NCBI GenBank assembly: GCA_046708025.1
Contig: JBKKDW010000063.1
Location: 1-32,103 of the forward strand
DNA: 32,103 nucleotides
Direction: 5' to 3'
Source of the DNA: Candidatus Limnocylindrales bacterium
GTDB taxonomy: Bacteria > Chloroflexota > Limnocylindria > Limnocylindrales > CSP1-4
In this document: piece by piece, positions 1 through 9,561 of the stretch
Layout of the letters: each line of letters begins with the position of its first letter
Position numbering within the stretch: position 1 is the stretch's first letter
Program-made: the position numbers and the translations under genes
Notes under the pieces: generated by a model
What the model was told of the DNA's origin: nothing
Seen by the model: only the letters and a program-made list of their open reading frames with translations
The model's database searches: none

Positions 1-2211
1 GGCGTCGGCCCCCACATCGGGTGCCGCGGCGAACCGGTACAGGCCGCGCAGGATGGCCTCATCGATGACGTCACCTTTCGCCGGCTGGGCGTAGTTCTCG
101 TTGTAGATGGTGATGTAGTAGAAGACGTCCTCCGGTTCCGGGCCGTGCATCCGCTTGATCCCGTCGCGCACGACGGCCGCCAGCTCGTAGGCAAAGGCCG
201 GGTCGTAGGCGCGCAGGTTGGGGACCGTCGAGGCCAGGATCTGGGTCTGGCCATCGTCGTGTTGCAGACCTTCGCCGGTCAACGTGGTCCGGCCGGCCGT
301 GGCGCCCATCAGGAAGCCGCGGCCGCGAGAATCGGCGAACGCCCACATCTGGTCGCCGGTCCGCTGGAAGCCGAACATCGAGTAGAAGATGTAGAACGGG
401 ATGGTCGCCAGCCCGTGGGTGGCGTAGGACGTGCCGGCCGCCTGGAAGCTTGCCATCGAGCCGGCCTCGGTGATCCCCTCCTCCAGGACCTGGCCGTCGG
501 TGGACTCGCGATAGGACAGGACCAGGTCCGAGTCGACCGGCTCGTAGCGCTGCCCCAGGGCGGAGTAGATGCCGACCTCCTTGAACAGGGGGTCCATGCC
601 GAACGTGCGCGCCTCGTCCGGAATGATCGGCACGATCCGCGGCCCGAGGCCCTTGTCCCGGATCAGGTTGCGCAGGATCCGGGCGAAGACCATGGTCGTC
701 GAGACCGGCGTCGGGCTCCCGGCCGCGAACTCGGCGTCGACGGCCGCCGCCGGGGCCGGCAGGACGGTCGCCCGCACGACGCGCCGCGGGATCGGTCCAC
801 CGAGCGCCCGCCTGCGCTCGCGCAGATATCCGACCTCCTCTGAATCGGGGCCCGGGTGGTAGTACGGCGCTTCCTTGAGCGTGGCATCCGGGATCGGCAG
901 CTCCAGGCGGTCGCGGAAGATGCGCAACTCAGCCTCGTTGAGCTTCTTGGCCTGGTGGGTGATATTGCGGGCCTCGACCCCCGGACCTAGTGTCCAGCCC
1001 TTCACCGTGTGGGCGAGGATGACCGTCGGTGCGCCGCGGTGCTCGGTCGCGGCCCGGTAGGCCGCGTAGACCTTGCGATAATCGTGACCACCGCGGCGCA
1101 GTTTGGCCAGGTCGTCGTCGGACAGATGATCGACCATCTTGCGCAGGCGCGGATCCGGCCCGAAGAAGTGCTCCCGGATGTAGGCGCCGCCGGCGACCGA
1201 ATACTTCTGGAATTCCCCGTCCAGGGTCTCGTTCATCTGCTGGACCAGCACGCCATCGACGTCGCGCGCCAGCAGCTCGTCCCACTCGCGGCCCCAGATG
1301 ACCTTGATCACGTTCCAGCCGGCGCCGCGGAACGCCGATTCGAGCTCCTGGATGATCTTGCCGTTGCCGCGGACCGGTCCGTCCAGGCGCTGCAGGTTGC
1401 AATTGACCACGAAGGTCAGGTTGTCCAGCCCCTCGCGGGCGGCCACGTGCAGGGCGCCGAGCGATTCGGGCTCGTCCGTTTCGCCATCGCCAACGAACGC
1501 CCAGACCCGCGAGCCGGCGGTGTCGAGCAGGCCCCGATTGAGGAGGTAGCGGTTGTAACGCGCCTGGTAGATCGCACTGATCGGGCCAAGGCCCATGGAG
1601 ACAGTCGGAAACTCCCAGAAAGCCGGCATCAGGCGTGGGTGCGGATAGGAGCTGAGGCCCTGACCGGGGACGGTCTCACGCCGGAAATGGTCGAGCTGGT
1701 CGACGCTCAGGCGGCCCTCGAGAAAGGCCCGAGCGTAGATTCCTGGGGCGGCATGGCCCTGGTAGAAGATCTGGTCGCCACTGCCGGTCCCGTCCTTGCC
1801 CCGGAAGAAGTGGTTGAAGCCAACCTCGTACAGGGTCGCGGCGGAGGCGTACGTGGCCAGGTGACCGCCAATCCCGGCGAACCGGTTGTTGGCCCGCAGG
1901 ACCATCGCCACCGCGTTCCAGCGGATCAGCCTGCGGATCCGCCGCTCGATCGCCTCGTCGCCCGGGAAGTACGGCTCCTGCTCCGGGCTGATCGTGTTGA
2001 TGTAGCGGGTCTGGGTCAGCGGCGGCAAGCCGATCTGGAGCTGGCGCGCTCGCTTCAGGAGCTTGTAGACGATGAAGCGGGCCCGGGTCTCGCCCTCCTG
2101 GGCCACGACCTGGTCCAGGGACGACAGCCAATCCTCGGTCTCGGCGGGGTCAATGTCGGGCAGTTGGTGCTTGAACTCGTCGAAGTACATGGGCTCAACA
2201 GGGTAGCCCAT
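1..2211 (-). CDS. aceE: Pyruvate dehydrogenase E1 component (homodimeric AceE type); N-terminal ~735 codons, runs off the left edge
   Basis: This is my own minus-strand translation. It is absent from the ORF track because there is no stop inside the window. It reads [29 protein letters not shown]...[33 protein letters not shown]...[20 protein letters not shown]...[14 protein letters not shown]...[22 protein letters not shown]...[13 protein letters not shown], colinear with E. coli AceE. The start is ATG 2211 (GAGG 4 nt upstream) or ATG 2190. The + ORF 1009..2283 is its antisense shadow. Confidence 0.9.
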   Translation of the reverse strand, partial: MGYPVEPMYFDEFKHQLPDIDPAETEDWLSSLDQVVAQEGETRARFIVYKLLKRARQLQIGLPPLTQTRYINTISPEQEPYFPGDEAIERRIRRLIRWNAVAMVLRANNRFAGIGGHLATYASAATLYEVGFNHFFRGKDGTGSGDQIFYQGHAAPGIYARAFLEGRLSVDQLDHFRRETVPGQGLSSYPHPRLMPAFWEFPTVSMGLGPISAIYQARYNRYLLNRGLLDTAGSRVWAFVGDGETDEPESLGALHVAAREGLDNLTFVVNCNLQRLDGPVRGNGKIIQELESAFRGAGWNVIKVIWGREWDELLARDVDGVLVQQMNETLDGEFQKYSVAGGAYIREHFFGPDPRLRKMVDHLSDDDLAKLRRGGHDYRKVYAAYRAATEHRGAPTVILAHTVKGWTLGPGVEARNITHQAKKLNEAELRIFRDRLELPIPDATLKEAPYYHPGPDSEEVGYLRERRRALGGPIPRRVVRATVLPAPAAAVDAEFAAGSPTPVSTTMVFARILRNLIRDKGLGPRIVPIIPDEARTFGMDPLFKEVGIYSALGQRYEPVDSDLVLSYRESTDGQVLEEGITEAGSMASFQAAGTSYATHGLATIPFYIFYSMFGFQRTGDQMWAFADSRGRGFLMGATAGRTTLTGEGLQHDDGQTQILASTVPNLRAYDPAFAYELAAVVRDGIKRMHGPEPEDVFYYITIYNENYAQPAKGDVIDEAILRGLYRFAAAPDVGADA

Positions 2212-2373
2212 CTCGCCTCGGATCGGACGTTGCGGCAGGGTCGCGAGGCGGGAACGGCGGGCCACGCTGTAACGCCCCTGTAGCGGTTTTGCAAGGCCGG
2301 CTCCCGCGAACGGCATCCCGCGCGACCGATGCTGGTGACCTACCCCAGAGTCGATTGTCGAAAGGAATTTCCC

Positions 2374-2571
2374 ATGACCGATCGAAATAGCACCGTCGTC
2401 GTCAAGGACGGCGGATCAAGCTCCGGCCTGATCCTCGGGATCATCGTCGTCCTCATCGTCCTGGCCGGCTTCTGGTACTTCGTGCTTGGCCCGGGCGCCG
2501 GAACGAGCACCCCGACCGACACGAATATCAATGTCAACCTTCCGTCGCTCGAGGTACCCGCCCCGTCGTGA
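2374..2571 (+). CDS. Small single-pass membrane protein (hypothetical)
   Basis: The internal ATG 2374 of ORF 2329..2571 is preceded by AAAGGAA (2361-2367). The product [39 protein letters not shown] has one clear TM helix. Third positions are G/C-biased. No family recognised. Confidence 0.5.
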   Translation: MTDRNSTVVVKDGGSSSGLILGIIVVLIVLAGFWYFVLGPGAGTSTPTDTNINVNLPSLEVPAPS

Positions 2572-2593
2572 TCCTCGCCCAGGCGCGCGGCAG

Positions 2594-2619
2594 GTGACGG
2601 CGATCGCCGGTTCCGTCAC
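2594..2619. promoter_or_regulatory. Inverted repeat GTGACGG-N12-CCGTCAC (contains palindrome GGCGATCGCC) just upstream of the response-regulator RBS
   Basis: The 7-bp arms are perfect, read directly from the sequence. The repeat lies 15 nt upstream of AAGGAGG (2634-2640). There is no T-tract, so it may be an operator or an RNA hairpin. Function unknown. Confidence 0.25.
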
Positions 2620-2639
2620 GATGTCCTCGCACCAAGGAG

Positions 2640-3398
2640 GTGAGTGTGAGCACCCAACCGCTGGTCCTCGTCGCTGACGACGAGCCCCGGATCACCAAGC
2701 TCGTATCGATCGCCCTCGGCGAGGAAGGCTTCCGGGTCGTCACCGCCCGCAGCGGCGAGGAGGCGCTGGCCAAGGCGGAAGAGGTCCGGCCGGACATCGT
2801 CCTGCTCGACATCGTGATGCCCGACCTTGACGGGATCGAGGTGATGCGCCAGCTGCGCGAACGCCGCCCGGTGGCGGTCATCCTGCTCACGGCCAAGGGC
2901 TCGACCGCAGACAAGGCCAAGGGCCTGGATCTCGGCGCCGACGACTACATCGCCAAGCCCTTCCATCCCGACGAGCTGGCGGCCCGGGTCCGGGCCGTGC
3001 TGCGCCGCTCATCCGGGGCCCAGCCGGGTTCGGGGATCCTCAAGTTTGACGACGTCGAGATCGACTTGGAACGCCGGATGGTGACGCGCGCCGGTGAGCT
3101 GGTCCAGCTGTCGCGAACCGAGTGGCTCCTGCTCCAGCATCTCGCCGCGAACGCGGGCAAGGTCGTCCTCCATACGGAGCTGCTGACCAAGGTCTGGGGA
3201 CCCGAGTACCGGGACGATCTCCAATACCTGCGCGTCTGGGTTTCGCGCGTCCGCCGCAAGCTCGGCTCCGAACCGGGCGAGCCCGGTCGGATCAAGACGT
3301 TCCAGGGGATCGGCTACCTGCTCGACGTGGAGCCGCCGTCGCGACCCGAGGTCATCGAGCCCGTGGTCGTCGACGAACGGTCGGCGCTCATCGGGTAG
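2640..3398 (+). CDS. OmpR/PhoB-family two-component response regulator (REC + winged-helix), no adjacent kinase
   Basis: REC motifs are present: LVADDE, DIVLLDIVMPDLDG, LTAKG, KPF. The C-terminal winged helix reads LSRTEWLLLQHLAANAGKVV...YLRVWVSRVRRKL...GIGY. Given the AAGGAGG at 2634-2640, the second in-frame GTG at 2646 is the more likely start. Confidence 0.9.
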   Translation: MSVSTQPLVLVADDEPRITKLVSIALGEEGFRVVTARSGEEALAKAEEVRPDIVLLDIVMPDLDGIEVMRQLRERRPVAVILLTAKGSTADKAKGLDLGADDYIAKPFHPDELAARVRAVLRRSSGAQPGSGILKFDDVEIDLERRMVTRAGELVQLSRTEWLLLQHLAANAGKVVLHTELLTKVWGPEYRDDLQYLRVWVSRVRRKLGSEPGEPGRIKTFQGIGYLLDVEPPSRPEVIEPVVVDERSALIG

Positions 3399-3405
3399 AT
3401 CGGAC

Positions 3406-4017
3406 ATGGCACGATACGGACCGGGCACGGCCCTGATCGTGGTCGACGTGCAGAACGACTTCGCAGATCCGGATGGGTCGCTGCACGTACCGGGTGGAGC
3501 GGCGATCGTCGCGCCGATCAACCGGGAGATCGCGCTGGCCCACCGCCACGATTCGATCGTCGTGGCGACCCAGGACTGGCATCCGGAGCGCACCCCGCAC
3601 TTTGCCAGCGACGGTGGGCGGTGGCCGGTGCACTGCATTGGCGGGACGTGGGGTGCCGAGCTCCACCCCGCGCTGGAACTCCCCAACGATGCCCCCCGCG
3701 TGCGCAAGGGCGCCAACGGCGAGGACGGCTACTCGGGGTTCACGATGAAGGACCCTGGCAGCGGGTCGACGACGCCAACCGAGCTCGAGGGCCTGCTCCG
3801 GGCGTCGTCGGTCAGACGCGTCGTCATCGTCGGCCTGGCGACGGACCATTGCGTCAAGGCGACGGCGCTCGATGCCGTCGCGCTCGGGTTCGAGACCGTG
3901 ATCCTGGTCGACGCGATCGCAGCGGTCGAGCAGCAGCCGGGCGACGGTCAGCGCGCCCTGGACGAACTGCGCACGACCGGCGTTGAACTCGTCGAATCCG
4001 GCCCGGCCGCAGCCTGA
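3406..4017 (+). CDS. pncA: Nicotinamidase/pyrazinamidase (isochorismatase family)
   Basis: LIVVDVQNDFADPDGSLHV, WPVHCIGGTWGAELHP, YSGF and VVIVGLATDHCVKATALDA are colinear with M. tuberculosis PncA, including the catalytic Asp/Lys/Cys context. Confidence 0.88.
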   Translation: MARYGPGTALIVVDVQNDFADPDGSLHVPGGAAIVAPINREIALAHRHDSIVVATQDWHPERTPHFASDGGRWPVHCIGGTWGAELHPALELPNDAPRVRKGANGEDGYSGFTMKDPGSGSTTPTELEGLLRASSVRRVVIVGLATDHCVKATALDAVALGFETVILVDAIAAVEQQPGDGQRALDELRTTGVELVESGPAAA

Positions 4018-4023
4018 GCCGGG

Positions 4024-4935
4024 GTGCAGCGGGTGCAGGTCCACCTGGTCGACGCGACCTACGAGCTCTTCCGGGCCCACTACGCGCCCCGTCCCGCCGT
4101 CCTCGGTCGGGACCGGATCGTCCTGTCCGGCGTCTCCGGCCTCGTGGAGCAGCTCCTGTTCATGGTCCGCGAGGAAGGAGCCACGCACGTTGGTTGCGCG
4201 ACCGACCGGGTGATCGAGTCGTTCCGGAACGATCTCTTTCCTGGCTACAAGTCGTCGGCCGGCATGCCGCCCGAGTTGCTCGCCCAGTTCCCGATCGCGG
4301 AGGGCGCCGTTGAGGCTCTCGGCATGGTCCTTTGGCCGATGGTCGAGTTCGAGGCGGATGACGCCATCGCCGCCGCGGCCGTCCGGTTCGCCGACGACCC
4401 ACGGGTCGAGCGGATCCTGATCTGCACGCCGGACAAGGACATGGCCCAGCTGGTCAGCGCCGAGCGCATCGTGCTGTGGGACCGCCGGCGTGGGCTGACC
4501 TACGACGATGCCGGCGTCCGGGCCAAGTGGGGTGTTCCGCCGCCATCCATCCCGGATTGGCTCGGCCTAGTCGGCGACTCGTCGGACGGCTACCCGGGGC
4601 TGCCCGGCTGGGGCGCCAAGTCAGCCGCCGCCGTCCTCAGCCGCTACGGCCATTACGAGGAGATCCCGCCGAAGGCATCTGCCTGGGAGGTGCCGGGTGT
4701 CGGCGGGTCGCGGGCAATGGCGCTGGCCGCGACGCTTCGCGAGCAATGGGACGAAGCGCTCCTTTATCGCGACCTGGCCCGCCTGCGTACCGCCGACGAT
4801 GGTGTCCCGATCCGCCAGCTCGATCCCGACCAGCTGGCCTGGGACGGCGTCCCGCGCGACCCGTGGGCGGCGTTCTGCGAAGAATGGGGGCTGGACCGCC
4901 TCGCGGCGCGACCCCACCGCTGGCGCGAGGACTGA
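4024..4935 (+). CDS. Stand-alone 5'-3' exonuclease / flap endonuclease (Pol I N-terminal nuclease family)
   Basis: The PIN-like 5' nuclease region reads VHLVDATYELFRAHYA, FRNDLFPGYK and EADDAIAAAA. The H3TH region reads LVGDSSDGYPGLPGWGAKSAAAVL. GTG start at 4024. Confidence 0.85.
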   Translation: MQRVQVHLVDATYELFRAHYAPRPAVLGRDRIVLSGVSGLVEQLLFMVREEGATHVGCATDRVIESFRNDLFPGYKSSAGMPPELLAQFPIAEGAVEALGMVLWPMVEFEADDAIAAAAVRFADDPRVERILICTPDKDMAQLVSAERIVLWDRRRGLTYDDAGVRAKWGVPPPSIPDWLGLVGDSSDGYPGLPGWGAKSAAAVLSRYGHYEEIPPKASAWEVPGVGGSRAMALAATLREQWDEALLYRDLARLRTADDGVPIRQLDPDQLAWDGVPRDPWAAFCEEWGLDRLAARPHRWRED

Positions 4936-4964
4936 GGCGACCAGGCCGCCCGAGGGGGCGACAC

Positions 4965-5822
4965 CTACCGGACCAGTTCGAGCAATGCCTCGTGGTGGGC
5001 ATGGGGTGCCGCGAGGATCCCGATCGAGCGCGGTCCGCGGGCCAGATCGAACCACGGGCCGCCGTCCATCGCGCTGACAAGAGCCCCTCCCCGCTCGGCG
5101 ATGAGGCCGGCCGCGGCCACGTCCCAGGCGGACAGCCCGCCCTGCTGGATGAACGCGTCGAAGCGGCCGTTCCCGACGTACGCGAGAGCCAGTGCCGCCG
5201 AGCCCATCGAGCGCGGGATGCGAACCCGCCGGCGAACGTTTCGGGCGCGCGAGGTGGCGGTCCTGCCGCCCAGTGCCATCGAAACCACGAAATCCGACAG
5301 GTTCTCCTTCTCGGAGGCCTGGATCCGGCGGCCGCCGAGCGTCGCGGGACCGTCGCCGGTCGCCGCGAAGGATTCGTTGCGGGTGGGATCGACGATCACT
5401 CCGACGGACGGCCGGCCATCGACGACGAGCCCGATCGAGACGCAGAAAACCGGGATGCCGTTGGCGTAATTCACGGTGCCGTCAAGCGGGTCGACGATCC
5501 AGACGCGGCCCCGGCCGGAGGTCGGCGCCTCGCCCGAGAGGGCCCGGTGCTCGCCGGTCTCCTCGGCCACGATGGAGTCGGCCGGATAGCGAGCCTGGAT
5601 CGCCTCGACGATCAGGGCCTCGGACAGGTGATCGGCTTCGGTCACGACGTCGCGAGCGCTCTTGTAGTCGATCTGCTCGAGGCGTTCGTACCGATCCATA
5701 AGGATCGCGCCAGCGCGGCGAGCGAGGTCGAGCGAAAACGCGAGCTCCTCGGCCAGGGCCGGACCTGGACCGACAGACTCGTCGGCGAGCCCCTCGGCGA
5801 GTGCGCTCACGGTGCGCTGCAC
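4965..5822 (-). CDS. Inositol monophosphatase family protein (SuhB/ImpA/HisN-like)
   Basis: Family motifs: DVVTEADHLSEALI, WIVDPLDGTVNYANG, WDVAAAGLIAERGGA. An alternative start GTG at 5810 forms a GTGA overlap with the stop (5807-5809) of the upstream Zn-ribbon gene. Confidence 0.85.
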   Translation of the reverse strand: MQRTVSALAEGLADESVGPGPALAEELAFSLDLARRAGAILMDRYERLEQIDYKSARDVVTEADHLSEALIVEAIQARYPADSIVAEETGEHRALSGEAPTSGRGRVWIVDPLDGTVNYANGIPVFCVSIGLVVDGRPSVGVIVDPTRNESFAATGDGPATLGGRRIQASEKENLSDFVVSMALGGRTATSRARNVRRRVRIPRSMGSAALALAYVGNGRFDAFIQQGGLSAWDVAAAGLIAERGGALVSAMDGGPWFDLARGPRSIGILAAPHAHHEALLELVR

Positions 5823-6277
5823 TCCACGACGAGGTCGCGGACCGCGGATCCGAGCGCGGTGACGCGCTTGGTGAAGGTGACGGTCTGGCCGGGATCAATC
5901 GGCGGGCTGAGCACGAATCCGGCGCCGCCACCGCTGCGATCGGCAGGATCGGTCAGCCGGCAGGTGGTCTGGCCGGCACGGGAGCCATGGTTGATGACGG
6001 TCAGGGTGATGGCCAGGCCCTCGCCATCGGCCATGACGCCGGCCAGGCTCGGGGTGAACGGCCCTACCCCGGAGATCGCCAGTCGACCGATGACGGCGAG
6101 GGCGATGATCGCGAGCGTGACGCCGATGAACGCGATCCCGTGGACCTGGGTGGCCGAGACATCGCGCAGGCCAAGCGGGTTGCAGTTCTCACACAGGCCG
6201 ACCTCGAGGGCCACCGGCGCGCCGCAGCGCGCGCAGCCATGAGTCAGTTCAGGCGACGTCGCGATGGGGGTCGTCAC
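5807..6277 (-). CDS. Zinc-ribbon membrane protein (CxxC..CxxC, one TM helix, ~85-aa C-terminal domain), hypothetical
   Basis: This is ORF 5807..6496 trimmed to GTG 6277, because the upstream gene ends at 6340. The product reads VTTPIATSPELTHGCARCGAPVALEVGLCENCNPLG, then TM HGIAFIGVTLAIIALAVIGRLAI, then a Thr/Val-rich domain. Third positions are G/C-rich. Confidence 0.55.
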   Translation of the reverse strand: MTTPIATSPELTHGCARCGAPVALEVGLCENCNPLGLRDVSATQVHGIAFIGVTLAIIALAVIGRLAISGVGPFTPSLAGVMADGEGLAITLTVINHGSRAGQTTCRLTDPADRSGGGAGFVLSPPIDPGQTVTFTKRVTALGSAVRDLVVECSAP

Positions 6278-6339
6278 GCGCCTGATGGTGCCACGAATCG
6301 CTGGGCGAACCGTTTCGGGGAAACGCGGCGGCCGCCTCC

Positions 6340-7203
6340 TTACCAGCGATCGGTCGCGGCCACCAGTGCATCCACGTCGGCCGTGGTTCTCGCCAGGACG
6401 ATCGCCCCATCCGCTCCGGCGTCCCGCCAGCGAGCCCACGTCTCGACTGGCGCACTGACCCAGGGGTTGTCGGCGATCGATTCGTCGCTCAGCCACTTGC
6501 CCTGGAACCCGACGATGACAAGCTGATCCTCGCGTCGTCGCCCGCTACTCGCGAGCGATTCGAGGTAGGCCGGCAGATTCGTCTCGAAGTTGTCGTCGAA
6601 GGCGCTCCATCCGTCCCCGATCCGACCGGCCAGCCTGGCCCCGGCCAGCTTCTCGCCGCCGATGAGGATCGGCGGCGGCGGCGTCGGCACCGGGTAGGCT
6701 GCTGCCTCGTGGAGCGGGTAGAACGGCGACGGGCGGGTGACTGGTCCGCCGGCCCACAGGGCGCGCAGGACGGCCACTGCCTCCTCGAGTCGGGCGGCCC
6801 GCTCGGGCGCGGCCGGAAAAGGCATGCCGTACGCCTCGTGCTCGCGTGGCGCACCACCGATCCCGATCCCCAGGATCAGACGGCCGCCACTCGCGATCTG
6901 GAGCGTCGAGGCCATCCTGGCCACCAATGCCGGGTGCCGGTTCATGACGTTGAGGACGAATGATCCAACCGTGGCCTGCCGGGTGGCCGCGGCGGCCATC
7001 GCCAGGATCGTCCAGCTCTCGACAACCGGCACCGTCGGGTCGCCCCGACCCATGAAGTGATCCCAGCTCCACAGCCCGGGGTAGCCGGCGGCATCGAGCC
7101 GTCGGGCACTGTCCAGCCACCAGGCCGGGTCGGCCCGGATGGCGCGCAGGCAGACCCCGATCGGGAGGCGCCGACCAGCCCCGCCGCCCGCATCGGCTCG
7201 CAT
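6340..7203 (-). CDS. LLM-class (luciferase-like) flavin/F420-dependent oxidoreductase
   Basis: The 468-aa ORF 6340..7746 runs through the mtnP gene. The real start is ATG 7203, sharing one base with the mtnP stop (TGATG). Family features: GLWSWDHFMG, VLNVMNRHPALVARMASTLQIASGGRLILGIGIGG, ILIGGEK. Confidence 0.8.
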   Translation of the reverse strand: MRADAGGGAGRRLPIGVCLRAIRADPAWWLDSARRLDAAGYPGLWSWDHFMGRGDPTVPVVESWTILAMAAAATRQATVGSFVLNVMNRHPALVARMASTLQIASGGRLILGIGIGGAPREHEAYGMPFPAAPERAARLEEAVAVLRALWAGGPVTRPSPFYPLHEAAAYPVPTPPPPILIGGEKLAGARLAGRIGDGWSAFDDNFETNLPAYLESLASSGRRREDQLVIVGFQGKWLSDESIADNPWVSAPVETWARWRDAGADGAIVLARTTADVDALVAATDRW

Positions 7204-8075
7204 CAGAACCCGGTCTCGAACAGCCGGACGTCCTCGGCGGCCATGGTGTGGCCGTCGCCACGGGTGGGTGCGAGGGCCGCGACCGCGCCCAACCCATCGA
7301 GGTCGGCCGGGAAACGCCCGATCAAATCCAGCACGACCGCCTGGATTCGCGCGGCATTCTGCTGGAAGACCTCCAGGACGCTTACTGCATTGACCGCCTC
7401 GGTGCCCTCGTGAACACCGGCGTCGTAGTCGGTGATCAGGCTGATGTTGACCACGGCCATGCCCAGCTCGCGACACAGCCAGGCCTCCGGGTACTGGCTC
7501 ATGTTGATGACCTCCCAGCCGGCGTCCATGAACCACTTTGACTCGGCCTTGGTCGAGAAGCGCGGTCCCTCGATGACCACGACCGTGCCACGCTCGTGAA
7601 CCTCGATGCCGTGCTCGCGGATCGTCGCGATGGCCAGGCCGCGAAGCACCGGATCGTAGGTGTCCGCGGACGAGACGTGGCTGACGATCGGGCCGTCGTA
7701 GAACGTGTCGATCCGGCCGTGGGTGCGGTCCACGAACTGATCGCACACGACGAAGTCACCCGGCTTGACCGACAGCTGGAGGGATCCCGCGGCACACGGT
7801 GAGATGACCGCCTTGACGCCAAGGGCGCGCATCGCCCAGACGTTGGCCCGGTAGTTGATCCTGTGCGGCGGGATCGTGTGGCGCCGACCGTGGCGCGGCA
7901 TGAACGCGACGCGCCGTCCGGCGACGTCGGCCAGGAAGACCGAATCCGATGGGGCGCCGTACGGCGTGTCGACCTTCACCTCGCGCACCTCCTCGAGGAG
8001 CGAGTAGAAGCCGGATCCTCCGAACACCCCGATCTCAGCGCTCTCGGTCACGCCAGCCTCCGTCCAGGTTGCCAC
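7203..8075 (-). CDS. mtnP: S-methyl-5'-thioadenosine phosphorylase
   Basis: IGVFGGSGFY, FMPRHGRRHTIPPHRINYRANVWAMRALGV, GPRFSTKAESKWF and VINMSQYPEAWLCRELGMAVVNISLITDYD are typical MTAP (PNP/MTAP family 2) motifs. Confidence 0.9.
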   Translation of the reverse strand: MATWTEAGVTESAEIGVFGGSGFYSLLEEVREVKVDTPYGAPSDSVFLADVAGRRVAFMPRHGRRHTIPPHRINYRANVWAMRALGVKAVISPCAAGSLQLSVKPGDFVVCDQFVDRTHGRIDTFYDGPIVSHVSSADTYDPVLRGLAIATIREHGIEVHERGTVVVIEGPRFSTKAESKWFMDAGWEVINMSQYPEAWLCRELGMAVVNISLITDYDAGVHEGTEAVNAVSVLEVFQQNAARIQAVVLDLIGRFPADLDGLGAVAALAPTRGDGHTMAAEDVRLFETGF

Positions 8076-8160
8076 CGGACGACCCCTCCGGCGAGCCGTC
8101 CGATTCTAGGCCGACGCGGCTACGATTGGCGCCATCGAAACACCGCAGCGCGGAGCAGCC

Positions 8161-8415
8161 ATGACGAGCTCGGGTCCGCTACCACCACCGCCGTCACCGC
8201 CGGGCATTCCGCCCGAGCCATCGGCCGAACCGCCCTTCGGCGGGCGCCGGCGGTCCGGCTCGATCATCCTGGGCCTGGTGATTCTCACGGTCGGGCTGTG
8301 GTACTTCGCCGATCGGACGCTCGGCCTGGAGTTGCCCCGGCTGGAGGCGGATCAGCTCTGGCCGGTCGCCATCATCAGCCTTGGCGCCTGGCTCATCGTG
8401 CGCCCTCGGCGCTGA
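8161..8415 (+). CDS. Small two-TM membrane protein with Pro-rich N-terminus (LiaF/DUF5668-like TM pair)
   Basis: MTSSGPLPPPPSPPGIPPEP... is followed by GSIILGLVILTVGLWYFA and LWPVAIISLGAWLIV. The ATG start sits after a divergent intergenic region shared with mtnP. Confidence 0.55.
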   Translation: MTSSGPLPPPPSPPGIPPEPSAEPPFGGRRRSGSIILGLVILTVGLWYFADRTLGLELPRLEADQLWPVAIISLGAWLIVRPRR

Positions 8416-8420
8416 TCACG

Positions 8421-9083
8421 ATGAGCGACGGCTGGCAGCAGGGCGACGGCTCGGCGACTGACCGGGCCTGGCTGGCAGACTGGCGCAGGCAGGTTGCCGC
8501 CTTGTACGCGGAGATCCGGGCCATCGCCGCAACGGACCCCGCCGTCGCGCTGCGACACTGGCAGGTCGTTCGCGAGCGGCTCTACCGCGAACATCCCCAG
8601 TCTCCGGTACCGCCCGACGCGCGCGACGGATTCTCGGCCCGTCATTTCGAGCACGACCCGGCGCTCCGGTTCACGGTCGCGATCGAGCCGGCCCCGCCGG
8701 TCGCGCCCGGCGCGTTCGATCTGCAACTGCCGAACAGCGGCGCCGATTCGATGGCCTTCAGCCGCCTTGGACGGGTCCAGGTCCCGTTCGCCGCCGGTCC
8801 GCGCCGCCTGTCCGTCTTCTGGATGGCCGGCTACGCCGGCGGCCAGTTCATCCCGTTTCGCGATGCGACCAACGGGACCGAGACGTACGGAGCGGGGCGC
8901 TACCTGGTCGATGCCGCCAAGAGCGCGGACCTGGGCGGCGATCCGGCCGCCGGCACGCTGATCCTGGACTTCAACTTCGCCTTCCAGCCGTCATGTGCCT
9001 TCGATCCGCGCTGGGCCTGCCCGCTCGCGCCGCCCGAGAATCGCCTGGATATCGCCGTTCGCGCCGGGGAGCGACTGGCCTGA
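8421..9083 (+). CDS. DUF1684 domain-containing protein
   Basis: ORF 7863..9083 overlaps mtnP and the small membrane gene, so I trimmed it to ATG 8421. The conserved DUF1684 signature is present: GTETYGAGRYL...LDFNFAFQPSCAFDPRWACPLAPPENRL. Confidence 0.8.
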   Translation: MSDGWQQGDGSATDRAWLADWRRQVAALYAEIRAIAATDPAVALRHWQVVRERLYREHPQSPVPPDARDGFSARHFEHDPALRFTVAIEPAPPVAPGAFDLQLPNSGADSMAFSRLGRVQVPFAAGPRRLSVFWMAGYAGGQFIPFRDATNGTETYGAGRYLVDAAKSADLGGDPAAGTLILDFNFAFQPSCAFDPRWACPLAPPENRLDIAVRAGERLA

Positions 9084-9120
9084 GGGGTGCCTCCGATCGC
9101 GCTCGCGTACCATCGGGGGC

Positions 9121-9558
9121 ATGACCCAGACTCGAACTCCGCTGGCCCTGCCGGCGACGATCCGCGAATTCCTCGATGACACCCGGTTCGCGACCCTGTC
9201 CACGGTCGATCCCGACGGATCGCCGCGCCAGGCCGTGATCTGGTACACGCTCGAGGGCGACGAGCTCGTGCTCAACAGCGCGGTCGGACGCCGCTGGCCG
9301 ACCAACCTCCTGCGCGATCCGCGCCTCGCACTGGCCGTCCACGACGGAGCCGATGGCTATCGCTGGGTTGGCCTGACTGGGACGGTCGAGCCGGTCACCG
9401 ATCCGGCAACGGCCCAGGCCGACATTGCCGCGATGGCCCGGCGCTACCACGCCGACGAACCGGGCAAGGCCGAGAGATTGATCCGCGAACGCTTCGAGCG
9501 CCAGGCCCGGATCAGCTTCCGGTTCAGGCCGCAGGCCGTGCACGACCACCTGGCGTAG
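9121..9558 (+). CDS. PPOX-class (pyridoxamine 5'-phosphate oxidase-like) probable F420-dependent enzyme
   Basis: Starts at ATG 9121 within ORF 8995..9558. FLDDTRFATLSTVDPDGSPRQAVIWYTLEGDELVLNSAVGRRWPTNLLRDPRLALAV...YRWVGLTGTV fits the split-barrel FMN/F420-binding fold. It lies 3 nt upstream of cofD. Confidence 0.8.
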   Translation: MTQTRTPLALPATIREFLDDTRFATLSTVDPDGSPRQAVIWYTLEGDELVLNSAVGRRWPTNLLRDPRLALAVHDGADGYRWVGLTGTVEPVTDPATAQADIAAMARRYHADEPGKAERLIRERFERQARISFRFRPQAVHDHLA

Positions 9559-9561
9559 CCG

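Noticed and set aside
4476-6242. 588-aa plus-strand ORF; also 1009..2283 (+), 424 aa, and 26209..27159 (+) / 26580..27530 (-)
   Set aside because: They overlap the exonuclease, IMPase, Zn-ribbon, aceE and argH genes in the wrong frame or strand. Their translations are Arg/Pro/Gly-rich nonsense.
6340-9083. Over-long ORF calls 6340..7746 (-), 468 aa, and 7863..9083 (+), 406 aa
   Set aside because: Their N-terminal parts run through mtnP and the small membrane gene in other frames. Family homology begins only at ATG 7203 (LLM) and ATG 8421 (DUF1684), so I trimmed them.
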